Numbered from the whole stretch's first letter, positions 20,401 through 30,644 are shown. The stretch: 60,999 nucleotides of DNA, filler included, from an uncultured bacterium (GCA_964499705.1; 4 parts of 4 records of this genome joined end to end with filler, not necessarily neighbours in it), one strand, 5' to 3'. The notes: generated by a model not told the origin, from the sequence alone. Numbers and translations: made by a program.

Positions 20401-20883
20401 GAGGATGCCAAAGCCGGCTTGCTTTCGCCGCGCGATTTTATGACCTCGACGCAGGCTCGGTTCGAGAAGGCGGTCGCCGAGGATGACCAGGCGTCGCCCG
20501 GCTTGAAGGCGTTCACGATCGCGTTCGGCCAGACCCTGCATCTCGACGGGCTGAAAAGGGTCCGGGAAGCCATCCAGATGAACGAGCCGGCCTGGGACGA
20601 GAATGAGGAAGTGCGCGCCCGATGGACGCTGCGGATGGAAGAGTGGGAAACCGCCGAGCGCGAGGCGAAGGAGGGATTCAGCCTCTTTCAGAATCTCGTC
20701 GAGCGGATGCCCCTGGACCGACCGATCGATGTCCTGATGGCGCAGCAGCTCCTCACGAGCTTCGAGAAAATGATAGGGACCGTCGCCACGGGACCGGACG
20801 AGGTGTCCCGCTTAATCCGGAATCTGAACGAGACCAGGGCCAGGCTCGAACTGCGATTGACCGTGGCGATGAGAACGCAGTAA
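17446..20883 (+). CDS. Large DUF1598-like plus TPR-repeat protein (5' truncated)
   Basis: Frame is open back to the contig edge. PAISLDP...IMLEADYRMK resembles DUF1598, followed by TPR-like helical repeats. Confidence 0.6.
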   Translation, partial: YNKSTREYEGYPRYTQFVHDRSSLPARIQNELKALVEGASADGPRRHLPIFRNGNPARRPRMEPPAPSSALNQNLSAVNDPEVGGVRLYFDPAIVETEGNDENRMRMIWNLNRELTNGDTDVVAGLGGELDLRAESLRAILSSGSTTVGMLTRILGYVTREGDDDLYILGKSEPGFDPVPLDILTVALQEVWINEHNPAISLDPDPADCFGPQNVRLEEISEKNRNTRYVEIMLEADYRMKHVLFKEQSYEARISGFQTTYELLQANPPPLGGTRQARYWLNPRSTAGADVFVNHFEGSTVVYFESDIKVLTEEMEDAKTLASSSPMSSADEEAARLFTNHYDEIAACYPEFRMLRGVFDATKLAVVLRKRGVSSPLLDEAAARSVAEVPIRETYDGLGPLWIEGTSYFIGGGCVTVEEPSTGIEVPLVRSLSQEEPGILRLSLLMPGTIPLTPEAALDLFREAEIEQATKEIADNRHRDAIDRLTNLIRRIEKSGDTSMIAAVLPQRAVAWLGIGETAKALEDVKNIDVEIPVVQGLRGILKLFNNDLEGAYRDVVAAAEADPRDKTILSNKAMVEMMTLRLDDAGRSLTRLISVSPGDPEIAMMELNLKVLRQLGPVKAKERVRQYISTPFAITLALEEGQSLGISGHVNEGIARIEKALDEMGRRIKELPALHLEERAWMVLVSLYDIKKNSEGLSEEDEEKKNKLISRLIARRPDWPSSWLVKLGYGTDPAGNDPKDQLALFRKAVSTKVDSDPLLSEMALLFGCDARGYYGMQFLPALFDAVGKHRISADEGIWFIDKVGTYFDTGPELHVLKTFRRYVSLLKTIQQIMKRHGATPEKRPDEKIIEKVERDVRKALGDDFEEQLSVQTLQKNLLLMPPPRPGSGVVPLQVIGRYFIPALMEQTSGMLSSIFEDETPLEETRNAAEEVRASLLHGIGMMDIEWGSVEAMKRAAAGMNAMYALYATSILATISRQPDFKTLEEDAKAGLLSPRDFMTSTQARFEKAVAEDDQASPGLKAFTIAFGQTLHLDGLKRVREAIQMNEPAWDENEEVRARWTLRMEEWETAEREAKEGFSLFQNLVERMPLDRPIDVLMAQQLLTSFEKMIGTVATGPDEVSRLIRNLNETRARLELRLTVAMRTQ

Positions 20884-21722
20884 TGCACATCCTCATCGTC
20901 GCCAGCGACGACAAGCGTTTGCGCGCCGCGGGTGTGAAGGAATTCCGGCGGCGCGTGGAACACGCGGGTTGGATGGAGGAAACCATCACGCTCCGCGAGT
21001 TCCTCGCGCACCCTCCCCCTCTGCACAACTACGATGACCTGGCCATTGCCGGAGGCGACGGCACGGTCAACGCGTGTCTCACGCAATCCGGCCGGTTGCC
21101 CATCGTCGTCGTGCCCGTCGGCACGGGAAACGATCTGGCGCGAAGCCTTTCCATCAGGACGGAAGGCGACGCGGGAAGAAGCCTCCGGTCCGGACACAGG
21201 ATCAAGCTCGATATCGGATCCGTCACGACGGACAAGGGCGAAGAACGATTCGTGAACGGCATCGGCATCGGGCTCGACGGGATGGTCGCCTCTCTCCATC
21301 ATCGCGGCATACCCTATGAACTGGCCGCGCTCTCGTCTCTCGTCCGCGTTCCCCGCTTCCGCGCGCGCCTCTCGATCGACGGCGGGAGATTCGAGGAGAT
21401 CGAGTTCATGTCGCTCCTCGTCGCCAACGGCGCCTGGTTCGGAGGCGGATTCAAGATGGCTCCCAATGCGCTCCTCAACGACGGTGTCTTCGACCTCATC
21501 TCCATCGCGCCGGTGACCCGCCGAAAATTCCTCGAGTCATTCCAGAAAGCAAAGGCCGGTAAACATCTCCAGGAAGATGCCGTGACCGAACGCAGGGGAA
21601 GGAGTTTTATTCTGGAATCGGATGAGCCACTCCCCTGGCACCTTGACGGCGAGAGCCGTTCTTCGAAGCGACTCGATGTGAAAGTCCTGCCAAAAGAGAA
21701 AGCCTTCTACACGCTGATATAG
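20883..21722 (+). CDS. Diacylglycerol/lipid kinase family protein (YegS/DgkB-like)
   Basis: AGGDGTVN, PVGTGNDLAR, NGAWFGGG, DGVFD and LDGE. TAATG coupling to the upstream gene. Confidence 0.88.
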   Translation: MHILIVASDDKRLRAAGVKEFRRRVEHAGWMEETITLREFLAHPPPLHNYDDLAIAGGDGTVNACLTQSGRLPIVVVPVGTGNDLARSLSIRTEGDAGRSLRSGHRIKLDIGSVTTDKGEERFVNGIGIGLDGMVASLHHRGIPYELAALSSLVRVPRFRARLSIDGGRFEEIEFMSLLVANGAWFGGGFKMAPNALLNDGVFDLISIAPVTRRKFLESFQKAKAGKHLQEDAVTERRGRSFILESDEPLPWHLDGESRSSKRLDVKVLPKEKAFYTLI

Positions 21723-21846
21723 GGGACATTCTCCAACATTCCAACATTGGGGATGTGGGAGTTACGAAGACCGAACCTTAATCAACCGTGCTGAATCAAC
21801 CAACTCCATTATTCTGAATGTTGGAATGTTGGAGAATGTCCCCTAT
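21719..21846. mobile_element. 128-bp MITE/REP-like element with perfect 30-bp TIRs
   Basis: ATAGGGGACATTCTCCAACATTCCAACATT (21719-21748) and its exact reverse complement (21817-21846). Confidence 0.8.
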
Positions 21847-23456
21847 TCAGGCAGATGCTTCTCCGCGAGCTTGTCCATCTCCAGGTCGTCGGCCAGGAAT
21901 ATCTCGCTCGACCAGCGCGCGATCCGCTTCCACGCGCGGCGGGCCCGCCATCCCGGCGCCGCCGCCGCGAGTTCCTTGTCTCCCCCGGTCGCGCCTGATA
22001 TCACGGCCTCCCCGCGGGCGATCACGGCCGCCAGGACCAGCAGCTCAATCGCCATGTCGGCGATTCGCCTCAATTCGTATTCATGCTCCGCCACTTCGCC
22101 GCCGTAGTATTTGAAGATCGTGTGGACTCGTTCCGCGAGAATCCCGGCGCCCTCACCGCAGATTCTTCCCGGATCGGCGAGCTTCGTTTGGCGCGTGGCG
22201 CGTTTCGACCTCTTCATCGAGAGACGAAATCCCTTCCACCAGAGCTTGATCGCGGCGTCGAACGCGCCGGCGCCGGATTGCCCTCTCTTCGCGGACATGA
22301 TGAATTCCGCCGAAGGTTTCGCGCCGTACAACGCGATATACAGTTTCAGTACCTCATCCGCGCCGCCGACGAACCGGAACGCGCGGAGATCGCGGAGAGT
22401 TTTCGCATACGGACTCTCTTCGGCGAGTCCGCGCGCGCCGGCGACCTGGAGCGATTCATCCGCGACAACATGCGCCATTCTCGCGCAGAAGACGCGGGCG
22501 GCGGCGGCTTCCGCCGCATAATCGCGGCCTTCGTCGGCCATGGAAGCGACGAAGCTGACGACCGCATCCATCGCGTGCAGCGCCTCGGTCATCCGGACGA
22601 CCTTCTCAGCGATCATGTCGAACTCGATATGCGCTTTCCCGAATTGCCTGCGGCTCTTCGCATCCGCGAGCGCTTTATCGAAGACCTCGCGAGCGGCGAC
22701 GGAACAGGCGGAAGCGGCGGTGAGGCGAAGGATATCGATGCCGGCCTGGGCAATGTTGTAACCCTGTCCCGCCTGCCCCAGGAGATCATCGCGGGAGAGC
22801 CGAACGTCCTGGAATTCAATCTCCGCGACGTGCATGCCCGCCAGGATTCCCGGAACCTTTACAATACCTTTCTTATTCGCGGCGACGATAAACGCGGAAA
22901 GTCGGCCCTTTTCTTCGTCGGTGGATCCATAGCCGGTCGCGAAGACGATGATGTAGTGAGCCATCTCACCATACATCACATTCGATTTTTTTCCTGAAAG
23001 AACGAGGTCATTCCCCTGAAGCCGCACCTTGGCCGCGATCATCGCCGCATCCGAGCCCGCCTCCGGTTCCGCGATCGCATAGGCTCCCAGTTTCTGCTCA
23101 CCGGACGCCTGCGGGAGCCATTTCTTCTTCTGATCTTCCGAGCCGAACTTCTCGACGACGTTCTGACAGAACATGATATTGGATATGGTTCCCAACGCGT
23201 CTTCGAGTCCGCCCGAGCTGGCGATTCCTCCGATGCAGGCCGCGCATTCGCGCACCGTGAGACCTCGCGTCAGCGCGACATTCGTCCTGTCGGATTTATC
23301 CGGATATTTCGTTCCCGCCTTCCAGTCGGGACGACCGTCCATCAGGAGCTGGAGAAAACCCGTCGGAGCCGCCTTCTGGACGGATTCCACGTAGGTATGA
23401 TAGAACGCCGCACCCTTCTGGAGCAGGTTCGGATCGAGCGCGGTCGCTACGTCCAT
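21843..23456 (-). CDS. Acyl-CoA dehydrogenase family protein (VLCAD-like, divergent)
   Basis: FGSEDQKKKWLP, AEPEAGSDA, RRQFGK and LRDLRAFRF. Several catalytic and FAD motifs are degenerate. Confidence 0.8.
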   Translation of the reverse strand: MDVATALDPNLLQKGAAFYHTYVESVQKAAPTGFLQLLMDGRPDWKAGTKYPDKSDRTNVALTRGLTVRECAACIGGIASSGGLEDALGTISNIMFCQNVVEKFGSEDQKKKWLPQASGEQKLGAYAIAEPEAGSDAAMIAAKVRLQGNDLVLSGKKSNVMYGEMAHYIIVFATGYGSTDEEKGRLSAFIVAANKKGIVKVPGILAGMHVAEIEFQDVRLSRDDLLGQAGQGYNIAQAGIDILRLTAASACSVAAREVFDKALADAKSRRQFGKAHIEFDMIAEKVVRMTEALHAMDAVVSFVASMADEGRDYAAEAAAARVFCARMAHVVADESLQVAGARGLAEESPYAKTLRDLRAFRFVGGADEVLKLYIALYGAKPSAEFIMSAKRGQSGAGAFDAAIKLWWKGFRLSMKRSKRATRQTKLADPGRICGEGAGILAERVHTIFKYYGGEVAEHEYELRRIADMAIELLVLAAVIARGEAVISGATGGDKELAAAAPGWRARRAWKRIARWSSEIFLADDLEMDKLAEKHLPE

Positions 23457-23496
23457 CCGTGGACTCTCGCGACACTCCCCCCGTCCGTGGGGGTCG

Positions 23497-25644
23497 TCAG
23501 CCACCATTTTCACTGTAGAGCATCTTGAAGACTTCGGGCACGACATATCGGTCCCCGAATCGCTCTCTCAACGGCGCCGCGCGTTTAATCAGGTTCTGAT
23601 ATCCGATGCGCGATCCCCACCGGAGAAGGCCTCCGCGGTGCGGCGGAAATCCCGTGCCGTAGATCATCCCAATCTCGATATCCTCGCCGCGATCCACGAT
23701 GCCGTCCTCGAGACACCGGCCCGCCTCTAGAAGCATCGTCAGGAAGAGCCTGTTCTCGATATCATGAGTGTTCCCGCCGTCCTCGCCGGTCTCCTGCTGC
23801 GCCGCGGAAGACGGCCGGGGAACGGCCGGATTCAACCTGGGCCGGTCCTTGTCCCCGTTCTTCGCGTGAATGTAGAAGCCGGATCCGCTTTTCTTACCCA
23901 GGAGCCCGGTATGAACAAGAGTCCGCAGGATCTCCGGCACCGCCATCCGCGACCCGAAGCTCCGCTCCAGATGTTCCGCGACATGAAGTCCCACGTCGAT
24001 CCCGACTTCATCGGCGAGTTCGAACGGCCCCATCGGCATCCCGAAGGTCCGCGCGACCCGGTCGATGGCTCCGATCGCGATCCCCTCCTCGTACATCCGC
24101 GCGGCCTCCAGCATGTAGGGAATGAGAATCCGGTTCACAAGAAAGCCTGGCGAATCCTTGACGAGTATGGGAGTCTTCCCGAGCGAACGCGCGACGGCGA
24201 AGAGCGTCGCGACCGTCTGGTCGCTCGTCGCCTTCCCGCGAATGATCTCCACGAGCGGCATGCGATGGACGGGATTGAAGAAGTGGAGCCCTCCGAATTT
24301 TTCCGGACGCTTCAGCACGGTCGCCATCTCGTCGATGGAGAGACCTGATGTATTCGTCGCGATCACGGTCTCGACTCGCACTTCCGACTCGACCTCCGCG
24401 AGAACATGCTTCTTCACTTCCATCCGTTCGAGCACGGCTTCCACCACCATGTCGGCGCGGCGGAATCCGGCATAATCGAGCCCCACGGAGATCCGGCTCA
24501 TGCCGCGCTTCGCGGCGATTTCCGTCGCCTTGCGTCGCTTCACGTCGCCGCGATACACCTCGTCCGCCTTCGACAAAGCCGACAGCAGCGCCTCCGCGCG
24601 GATGTCCTTCACGCGCACCGGCATTTCCTTCGACGAGAAGGCCCATGCGATTCCACCGCCCATGACTCCTGCGCCCAGCACCGCCGCGCTCCGGACATTC
24701 GCCGGAGCCGACTTATAAGGCGCGTATTTTTTCTGATCGTCGTCGAGGAAGAAGAGGAAGCGCAGATTTTCGGAGACGTCCGTCAGGACCAGCTTCGCGA
24801 ATGCGTCCGCCTCGATCTTCAGTCCCTCCGCGCTCACATTGCCGTCCGTCGCGGGCAGATCGAGCGTCCGGCGGAAGACATCGATCACGGCGGGGATGGC
24901 CGGATAAAATCCCTTCGCCTTCTTCTCCGCTTCCTCCAATGCCTTGCCGAGCAGTTTGCTCCGGAAGAAGGACGATTCGATGATCCGCTCGATGAGCCCG
25001 AATCGCGGACGGGCGGGCGCGGGTCTCCGGCGAAGAATCTCGATCGCTTCCTGCAATACGAGAAGCGGCGAACAGACGCGATCGACCAGCCTCATCCGGA
25101 AGGCTCCGCGCGCGTCCACGAGCCTTCCCGAGAGAATCAGCTCCAGGGCTTTCCTGATTCCCACGATCTTCGGCAACCTCTGCGTGCCGCCGAAGCCGGG
25201 AAGTATGCCGAGCTTGGTTTCCGGCAGCCCCATCAGCGTTTTCGCGTCGAGCCCCGCGACGCGGTACGTGCAGGCGAGCGCCAGCTCGCATCCGCCGCCG
25301 AGACAGAATCCGTTGATCGCGGCAACGGTCGGCATCGGAAGAGACGCGAGCTTATTGAAGACGGCCTGGCCCTGGTGCGCCTTGTAGCGCGCGATCTCCG
25401 GCGTCGTGATGCCGGCGATCTCGGAAATATCGGCGCCCGCGACGAAGGATGTCTCCTTTCCGGATGCGATCACGACGCCGGACGCATCGCGAGGAATCTG
25501 ATCGAGGAGCTGATCGAGCTGGACCATCGCGTCCGTCGAGAGAACATTCTGCTTCTTGCCGGGGCAATCGAAGATAAGGATGGCGATATCCTCGTTCATC
25601 TCCGAGCGCCAGTAGACCGGCGCCTCCGGCGTATTTTTATTCAC
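23497..25644 (-). CDS. fadJ: Fatty-acid oxidation complex alpha subunit (enoyl-CoA hydratase / 3-hydroxyacyl-CoA dehydrogenase)
   Basis: [38 protein letters not shown] and GMPMGPF. Confidence 0.9.
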   Translation of the reverse strand: MNKNTPEAPVYWRSEMNEDIAILIFDCPGKKQNVLSTDAMVQLDQLLDQIPRDASGVVIASGKETSFVAGADISEIAGITTPEIARYKAHQGQAVFNKLASLPMPTVAAINGFCLGGGCELALACTYRVAGLDAKTLMGLPETKLGILPGFGGTQRLPKIVGIRKALELILSGRLVDARGAFRMRLVDRVCSPLLVLQEAIEILRRRPAPARPRFGLIERIIESSFFRSKLLGKALEEAEKKAKGFYPAIPAVIDVFRRTLDLPATDGNVSAEGLKIEADAFAKLVLTDVSENLRFLFFLDDDQKKYAPYKSAPANVRSAAVLGAGVMGGGIAWAFSSKEMPVRVKDIRAEALLSALSKADEVYRGDVKRRKATEIAAKRGMSRISVGLDYAGFRRADMVVEAVLERMEVKKHVLAEVESEVRVETVIATNTSGLSIDEMATVLKRPEKFGGLHFFNPVHRMPLVEIIRGKATSDQTVATLFAVARSLGKTPILVKDSPGFLVNRILIPYMLEAARMYEEGIAIGAIDRVARTFGMPMGPFELADEVGIDVGLHVAEHLERSFGSRMAVPEILRTLVHTGLLGKKSGSGFYIHAKNGDKDRPRLNPAVPRPSSAAQQETGEDGGNTHDIENRLFLTMLLEAGRCLEDGIVDRGEDIEIGMIYGTGFPPHRGGLLRWGSRIGYQNLIKRAAPLRERFGDRYVVPEVFKMLYSENGG

Positions 25645-26944
25645 GCTCGATCACCAGGGCCCCGCCCTGGCCTCCCCCGATGCAGAGCGTCGCGAGGCCG
25701 AACTTCGCATTGCGGCGGGCCAGCTCGTCCAGGAGCGTCGTGACAAGGCGGGCGCCGGTCGCGCCGACGGGATGCCCCAGCGCGATCGCGCCGCCGTTCA
25801 CATTCAGCTTCGCGCGGTCCACCTCGCCGATGGAGATCGTCCGGCCCAGTTCCCTCTGCGCGAATATCTTCGACGCGAAGGCGCGCTCGCACGCGAGGAC
25901 CTGCGCGGCGAACGCTTCGTTCAACTCGATCAGGTCGATGTCGCCGAGCGAAAGGCCCGCCAAAGCCTTCGCCGTGGCAAAGACGGGGCCGAGCCCCATC
26001 CGTTCCGGATCGAGCCCGGCGTAGGCGTAGGAGCGAAGGTAGCCTTTCACCTTCCAGCCTTCGGCCTTCGCGCGCGCTTCCGTGGTCACGAGGAGCGCGC
26101 AGGCGCCGTCGGTGATGGGGCAGGCGTTGCCGACCGTGACAGTTCCGGCGGAGCGGTCGAAGTACGGCTTGAGCGAAGCAAGCGCTTCCATCGTCTGATT
26201 CGCGCGCGGACCGTTATCCGTCGCGATGAATTCCTTGTAGGGGGAAAAAGCGACGGGCGTGATCTCGGATGTGATCCTCGCGGCCGAAGCGACGGCGCGG
26301 CGATGCGACTCCAGCGCGAATTCATCCTGCTCGCGGCGCGAAATGCCGAACTCGACCGCCAGCCGCTCCGCCGTCATCCCCATCGACGTCGCGCAGGAAT
26401 AATCGGTGAGCCCGAGCATCACTCCGATGCGCGGCTTCGTCAGCATGGCGATGAGTGTCGACGGGGGAATCCGCAGGTAGGCGCGGATTTTCGCCCAGAG
26501 GCCTTTCGCCCTCGCCACTTCGGAGAACCACTCGATCGCGGATTGCGGGTACATGAGAGGATAGTTCGACATCGATTCCGTTCCGCCGACGAGATAAACC
26601 TCCCCGCGCCCCGAGAGGATCCGTTCTGCCGCCGTGGTGATCGACTCGAACCCGGACGCACAGTTTCTGTGAACCGTCATGGCGGGAACGCGCTGGGGAA
26701 TGCCGGTCATGATCGCCGCGACCCGCGCGATGTTCTGCGCATCGACCGGCTGGCCGACGCAGCCGAAGATGACCTCGTCGATCAGCTCCACGTCCACGCC
26801 GCCGCGATCGAGGAGAGCCCGCATCGCGTGACGGGCCAGGGTGACCGCGTCGAGATCCTTCAGGACCGTGCCCGCCTTGGCCCATGGAGTACGAACTCCA
26901 TCGACAAGGGCGATGCGGTTGCCTGGCGCGGTCTTGACTAGCAC
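25637..26944 (-). CDS. fadI: Acetyl-CoA C-acyltransferase (thiolase)
   Basis: [19 protein letters not shown] and LCIGGGQG. Confidence 0.92.
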   Translation of the reverse strand: MLVKTAPGNRIALVDGVRTPWAKAGTVLKDLDAVTLARHAMRALLDRGGVDVELIDEVIFGCVGQPVDAQNIARVAAIMTGIPQRVPAMTVHRNCASGFESITTAAERILSGRGEVYLVGGTESMSNYPLMYPQSAIEWFSEVARAKGLWAKIRAYLRIPPSTLIAMLTKPRIGVMLGLTDYSCATSMGMTAERLAVEFGISRREQDEFALESHRRAVASAARITSEITPVAFSPYKEFIATDNGPRANQTMEALASLKPYFDRSAGTVTVGNACPITDGACALLVTTEARAKAEGWKVKGYLRSYAYAGLDPERMGLGPVFATAKALAGLSLGDIDLIELNEAFAAQVLACERAFASKIFAQRELGRTISIGEVDRAKLNVNGGAIALGHPVGATGARLVTTLLDELARRNAKFGLATLCIGGGQGGALVIERE

Positions 26945-27033
26945 GCCCGAAGTGTAGCGCGATTGAGCAAGGAATCAAACGGCAGACTGCAAATTCTGTT
27001 GCCTGTTGGAGGCGGATATTTTAAAATACAACC

Positions 27034-27606
27034 ATGTTGAAAACCTCCCGTTTTGCAGTTGTGATGTTGCTCGGTTTCGTCTCGGTCGGCGCTCAAGCCG
27101 CCGGAACCGCCTACCACTCGTCTCCCCGAACTTTCAAGGGAACCATCGCCGTCGTCAGCGCCTCCGATCACGCCTCCGTCGGCGAAGCGTTCATCGCGAC
27201 AAGCAATGCTCCGACGTCGAGCGCCCAGCTGGCGATGCGTCTCATCGAGCCGGAAAGCGTCCGCAGACTCGACACCACCGACAGCAACGGCAACGCCAAG
27301 CTCTTCATTCTCCCGCTCGGAGTTTTCTCCGTCTGGAAACCGGGCTACTGGCCTGAGGAGATCAAGTTCAAGGTCCGCTCCAGCCGGCCGATCGATGCCA
27401 ACGGCACGATGACCGTGGAACTCAAACCCGCATCCGCATCGGAAAAGACCGCCGCCGCCCGCAAGGCGGCCGAGCTCTTCGGCCTCATCCGCAAGGACGG
27501 CCAGGTCAGCACATTCGCCAACGCGGAGAACGATCCGTCCGAGCACGTCCGGACGCGGCTGAGAAAAATCTTCCAGGAAGCCGGAGTTCTCCCCGCCGCC
27601 AACTAG
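27034..27606 (+). CDS. Secreted hypothetical protein (possible carboxypeptidase-regulatory-like beta-sandwich)
   Basis: Signal peptide and TTDSNG...KPGY pattern. Preceded by TTGCCT-17-TAAAAT. Confidence 0.55.
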   Translation: MLKTSRFAVVMLLGFVSVGAQAAGTAYHSSPRTFKGTIAVVSASDHASVGEAFIATSNAPTSSAQLAMRLIEPESVRRLDTTDSNGNAKLFILPLGVFSVWKPGYWPEEIKFKVRSSRPIDANGTMTVELKPASASEKTAAARKAAELFGLIRKDGQVSTFANAENDPSEHVRTRLRKIFQEAGVLPAAN

Positions 27607-28496
27607 AAGAGAATCTCCGCCACCGCAAGCAGCAGGGGCAGCACCAGCGGATAGATCGCCGTTGAGACGACCACGGTTCCCGCGGCGAAATCAGGCTCCA
27701 CATCGTATTTCTCCGCGAGGATGAAACTGAAAACCGCGGAGGGCATGGCGGACTGGATGAAGATCAACTTCGCCACGGCAGCGCCTGGCGCGGCGAGCGC
27801 GCAGTAAAGATACGCGAAGAAACCTCCCAGCAGAAATCGACCGGCCACGGCCCACCCGACCCCGTGCAGCCTGTCCAGCCTCAGGTCGGCGACCGCCGCC
27901 CCCATGGCGATCAGCGCGACGGGAACGGCCGCCTGCGCGGGCATCTGCAATATGGTTCTCAGGGGAATCGGCAGCGGCAGGTCGAGCATTTTCCACGCGA
28001 TGCCCAGCACGAGGGAAATCAGGACGGGATTCAGGACGAGCAATCGGATCCTGTGGCCCGCGCTCACCCTGGCGCCGAGAATCATGAGTCCAACCGTGAA
28101 CAGGACGACATTCATCGCCTGGTCGTAGACGACCGCGCGCGAAACCCACACGGCTCCGCCCAGAGCGTCCGCCACCGGAATCGCGAGAAAGCCGGAATTC
28201 ATGAACGCTATCGGAACGATGAAGAGCGTCAGCGAGCGGCCGAGGAATCTGCCGAGGAGAAGGAGAAAACCGATGGTCGCGAGAATGACGACGACGCAGG
28301 AAAACGCGGGATGGAGCAGTTCGGACGGGTCGAGGTGGACATCGAGGAGCGAGAGGAAGACGAACGGCGGCAGCAGGAGATCCATGCTGAGAGCGGACAG
28401 GGACGCGGCTCCGACCTGATACCGGCGCCGCGCGAGAAATCCGAGGAGGATCATTCCCGCCAGTGTCGCCAATCGGGCCCACAAGACTCCGGACAT
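27603..28496 (-). CDS. AEC (auxin efflux carrier) family transporter
   Basis: About 10 TM helices, FMNSGFLAIP, LNPVL and SAMPSA. GGAGG precedes the ATG. Confidence 0.85.
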   Translation of the reverse strand: MSGVLWARLATLAGMILLGFLARRRYQVGAASLSALSMDLLLPPFVFLSLLDVHLDPSELLHPAFSCVVVILATIGFLLLLGRFLGRSLTLFIVPIAFMNSGFLAIPVADALGGAVWVSRAVVYDQAMNVVLFTVGLMILGARVSAGHRIRLLVLNPVLISLVLGIAWKMLDLPLPIPLRTILQMPAQAAVPVALIAMGAAVADLRLDRLHGVGWAVAGRFLLGGFFAYLYCALAAPGAAVAKLIFIQSAMPSAVFSFILAEKYDVEPDFAAGTVVVSTAIYPLVLPLLLAVAEILF

Positions 28497-28590
28497 TTCC
28501 ACCTCCGGAGCCAGCCTACCCGGTCATGAGCCCTGAATGAACCGGCTTTTTCCGATCAGGCAAACAGGAGCCCGCGCTGAGCGCCGGTCA

Positions 28591-28986
28591 TCACCCCACG
28601 GTCATGATATGGTCCGGTTCCACAAACACCGTGACCCGGACATCACCCGGCTGGTTGTAAGGAAACTTCTCCAGGCCCATGTATTTCTTCGCGAGCCGGT
28701 CGATGACCTCTTCGGCGCCTTCCGTCTTCATCTCCACGACGCGCCCCCGGATCATCGCCTGCTGATAGGGATTCTCCGCGTTCCAGACCGCCATCGAGAC
28801 GCGCGGATCGCGCTTCATGTTCTTCGCCTTGATCCTCTTTAACTCCGTGTTGAAAAAGATCCTGTCCCCATCCGCATCGATCCAGACGATGCCGGTATGC
28901 GACGATCCATCCGCCATCGTCGTCCCGAGCGCCGCGAAATTTTTCCCTTCCGTAACCAGCCTGCGAGCCAAACCATCCAACTTCAT
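28591..28986 (-). CDS. PPOX-class (pyridoxamine 5'-phosphate oxidase-like, F420/flavin) oxidoreductase
   Basis: LGTTMADGSSH, KAKNMKRDPRVS and LAKKY. Confidence 0.85.
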   Translation of the reverse strand: MKLDGLARRLVTEGKNFAALGTTMADGSSHTGIVWIDADGDRIFFNTELKRIKAKNMKRDPRVSMAVWNAENPYQQAMIRGRVVEMKTEGAEEVIDRLAKKYMGLEKFPYNQPGDVRVTVFVEPDHIMTVG

Positions 28987-29001
28987 GACCGATCCTCCTT
29001 G

Positions 29002-29205
29002 TCAGACAACACGAAACCCGATCCGAATCTTGACCTGAAACTCGACCACTTCTCCGTTGTCGATGCGCCCCCGCTGCTCGACGACTTCAAACCAGGACAA
29101 CCCCGGCTGCTTCTTCGAGGCCGCGGAGACCGCGTTCCGCGTGGCCTGCGCATAGCTCTCGTCCGAAACTCCCACGACTTCCACCATCTGATATGCCCGT
29201 TCCAT
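29002..29205 (-). CDS. Dodecin (flavin-binding)
   Basis: VEVVGVS...WFEVVEQRG...FQVKIRIGF. Confidence 0.9.
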   Translation of the reverse strand: MERAYQMVEVVGVSDESYAQATRNAVSAASKKQPGLSWFEVVEQRGRIDNGEVVEFQVKIRIGFRVV

Positions 29206-29231
29206 CTTATTCCTCCCTGCATCGAATCATT

Positions 29232-30644
29232 TCAGTATGACGACATGCCCTTGTCGATCCGCGACCACCAGGCATTGATTCCCCCTTCGAGATTCCGGAC
29301 ATGCTTGAAGCCGTGTTCCTTCAGGAATTCCACCGCCTTCGCGCTCCGACCGCCCATCTTGCAATGCACCACGATCTCCTGGTTGGGATCGAGCTCCGCG
29401 TATCGCTGCGGAATCTGTCCCAGCGGGATCAGCTTCCCGTCCAGGTTGCAGATGTCGTATTCGAACTGCTCCCGGACGTCGACGAGAAACGGCTTTTCGC
29501 CCCTGTCGATCCGCGCCTTCAAGTCTTCCACGGAGATGACCGGCAGATCCGCCTGCGCCGAGATGCCGCAGAAATTCTGGTAGTCGATCAGCTCGTGGAT
29601 CGTCGGATTATCCCCGCAAAGCGGACACTTCGGGTTCCGCCGCAGCTTCAGCTCGCGGAACTTCATGCCGAGCGCGTCAAACAGGAGAAGCCGGCCTATG
29701 AGGAGATCTCCCTGGCCGAGAAGAATCTTGATCGCCTCCGTCGCCTGGATGAGACCGACGATCCCGGGAAGAATTCCGAGCACGCCGCCTTCGGCGCAGG
29801 AGGGAACCATGCCCGGCGGAGGAGGCTCCGGATAGAGACATCGGTAGCACGGGCCGCCCTTTGTCGGATCGAAGACGGAGGCCTGTCCCTCGAAGCGGAA
29901 GATCGAACCGTAGACATTCGGTTTCTTCAGGAGAACGGAGACGTCGTTGGCGAGATAGCGCGTGGGGAAATTATCGGTACCGTCAATTATGATGTCGAAA
30001 TTCTTCGCGATCCCCATCGCATTTTTCGAAGTGAACTCGCCTTCGAAGATTTCCACTTTCGTGAAGGGATTGATGCTCTCGATCCGCGCCTTCGCCGATT
30101 CCGTCTTCTTCTTCCCGACGTCCGATGTCCCGTGGATCACCTGGCGCTGGAGATTGGAATAGTCGACGACGTCGAAATCTGAGATGCCGATCCGGCCGAC
30201 TCCGGCGGCGGCCAGATACAGCGCCAGGGGCGAGCCGAGACCTCCGGCGCCGATGAGGAGCACGGAGCCGTGCTTCAGCTTCTCCTGCCCCTCGACGCCG
30301 ACCTCCGGCAGGATGATATGCCGGCTGTAGCGCTTCATCTCGTCGGGAGTCAGCTTGCCGGACGGAGCACCGGCGCCGCCCGCGATCGAGGGGACGATGA
30401 GGAGCGTGGAGTCGTCCGGCGTGACCGTATCAAGCCCCATCAGGTAGCGGATATCCTCGTCGCCGAGGTAGATGTTGACGAAATTGCGCGGCTTGCCGTC
30501 GGGACCCAGAATATTCTTCCCGATCTCCGGATATGCCGCGGCGAGTGATGCGATCGCCTCGCCCACCGTGGAGCCGCTGACATCGACCGAGGCGCTCCCG
30601 CCGGCATAACGCCGCAGGGGCGTCGGTATCTGAACGTGTATCAT
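29232..30644 (-). CDS. moeB: Ubiquitin-like (MoaD/CysO) - MoeB/E1 - rhodanese fusion protein
   Basis: N-terminal beta-grasp ending PSIAGG, then RYSRH, GAGGLG, CYRC, CPLC and rhodanese HCKMGGRS. Confidence 0.9.
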   Translation of the reverse strand: MIHVQIPTPLRRYAGGSASVDVSGSTVGEAIASLAAAYPEIGKNILGPDGKPRNFVNIYLGDEDIRYLMGLDTVTPDDSTLLIVPSIAGGAGAPSGKLTPDEMKRYSRHIILPEVGVEGQEKLKHGSVLLIGAGGLGSPLALYLAAAGVGRIGISDFDVVDYSNLQRQVIHGTSDVGKKKTESAKARIESINPFTKVEIFEGEFTSKNAMGIAKNFDIIIDGTDNFPTRYLANDVSVLLKKPNVYGSIFRFEGQASVFDPTKGGPCYRCLYPEPPPPGMVPSCAEGGVLGILPGIVGLIQATEAIKILLGQGDLLIGRLLLFDALGMKFRELKLRRNPKCPLCGDNPTIHELIDYQNFCGISAQADLPVISVEDLKARIDRGEKPFLVDVREQFEYDICNLDGKLIPLGQIPQRYAELDPNQEIVVHCKMGGRSAKAVEFLKEHGFKHVRNLEGGINAWWSRIDKGMSSY

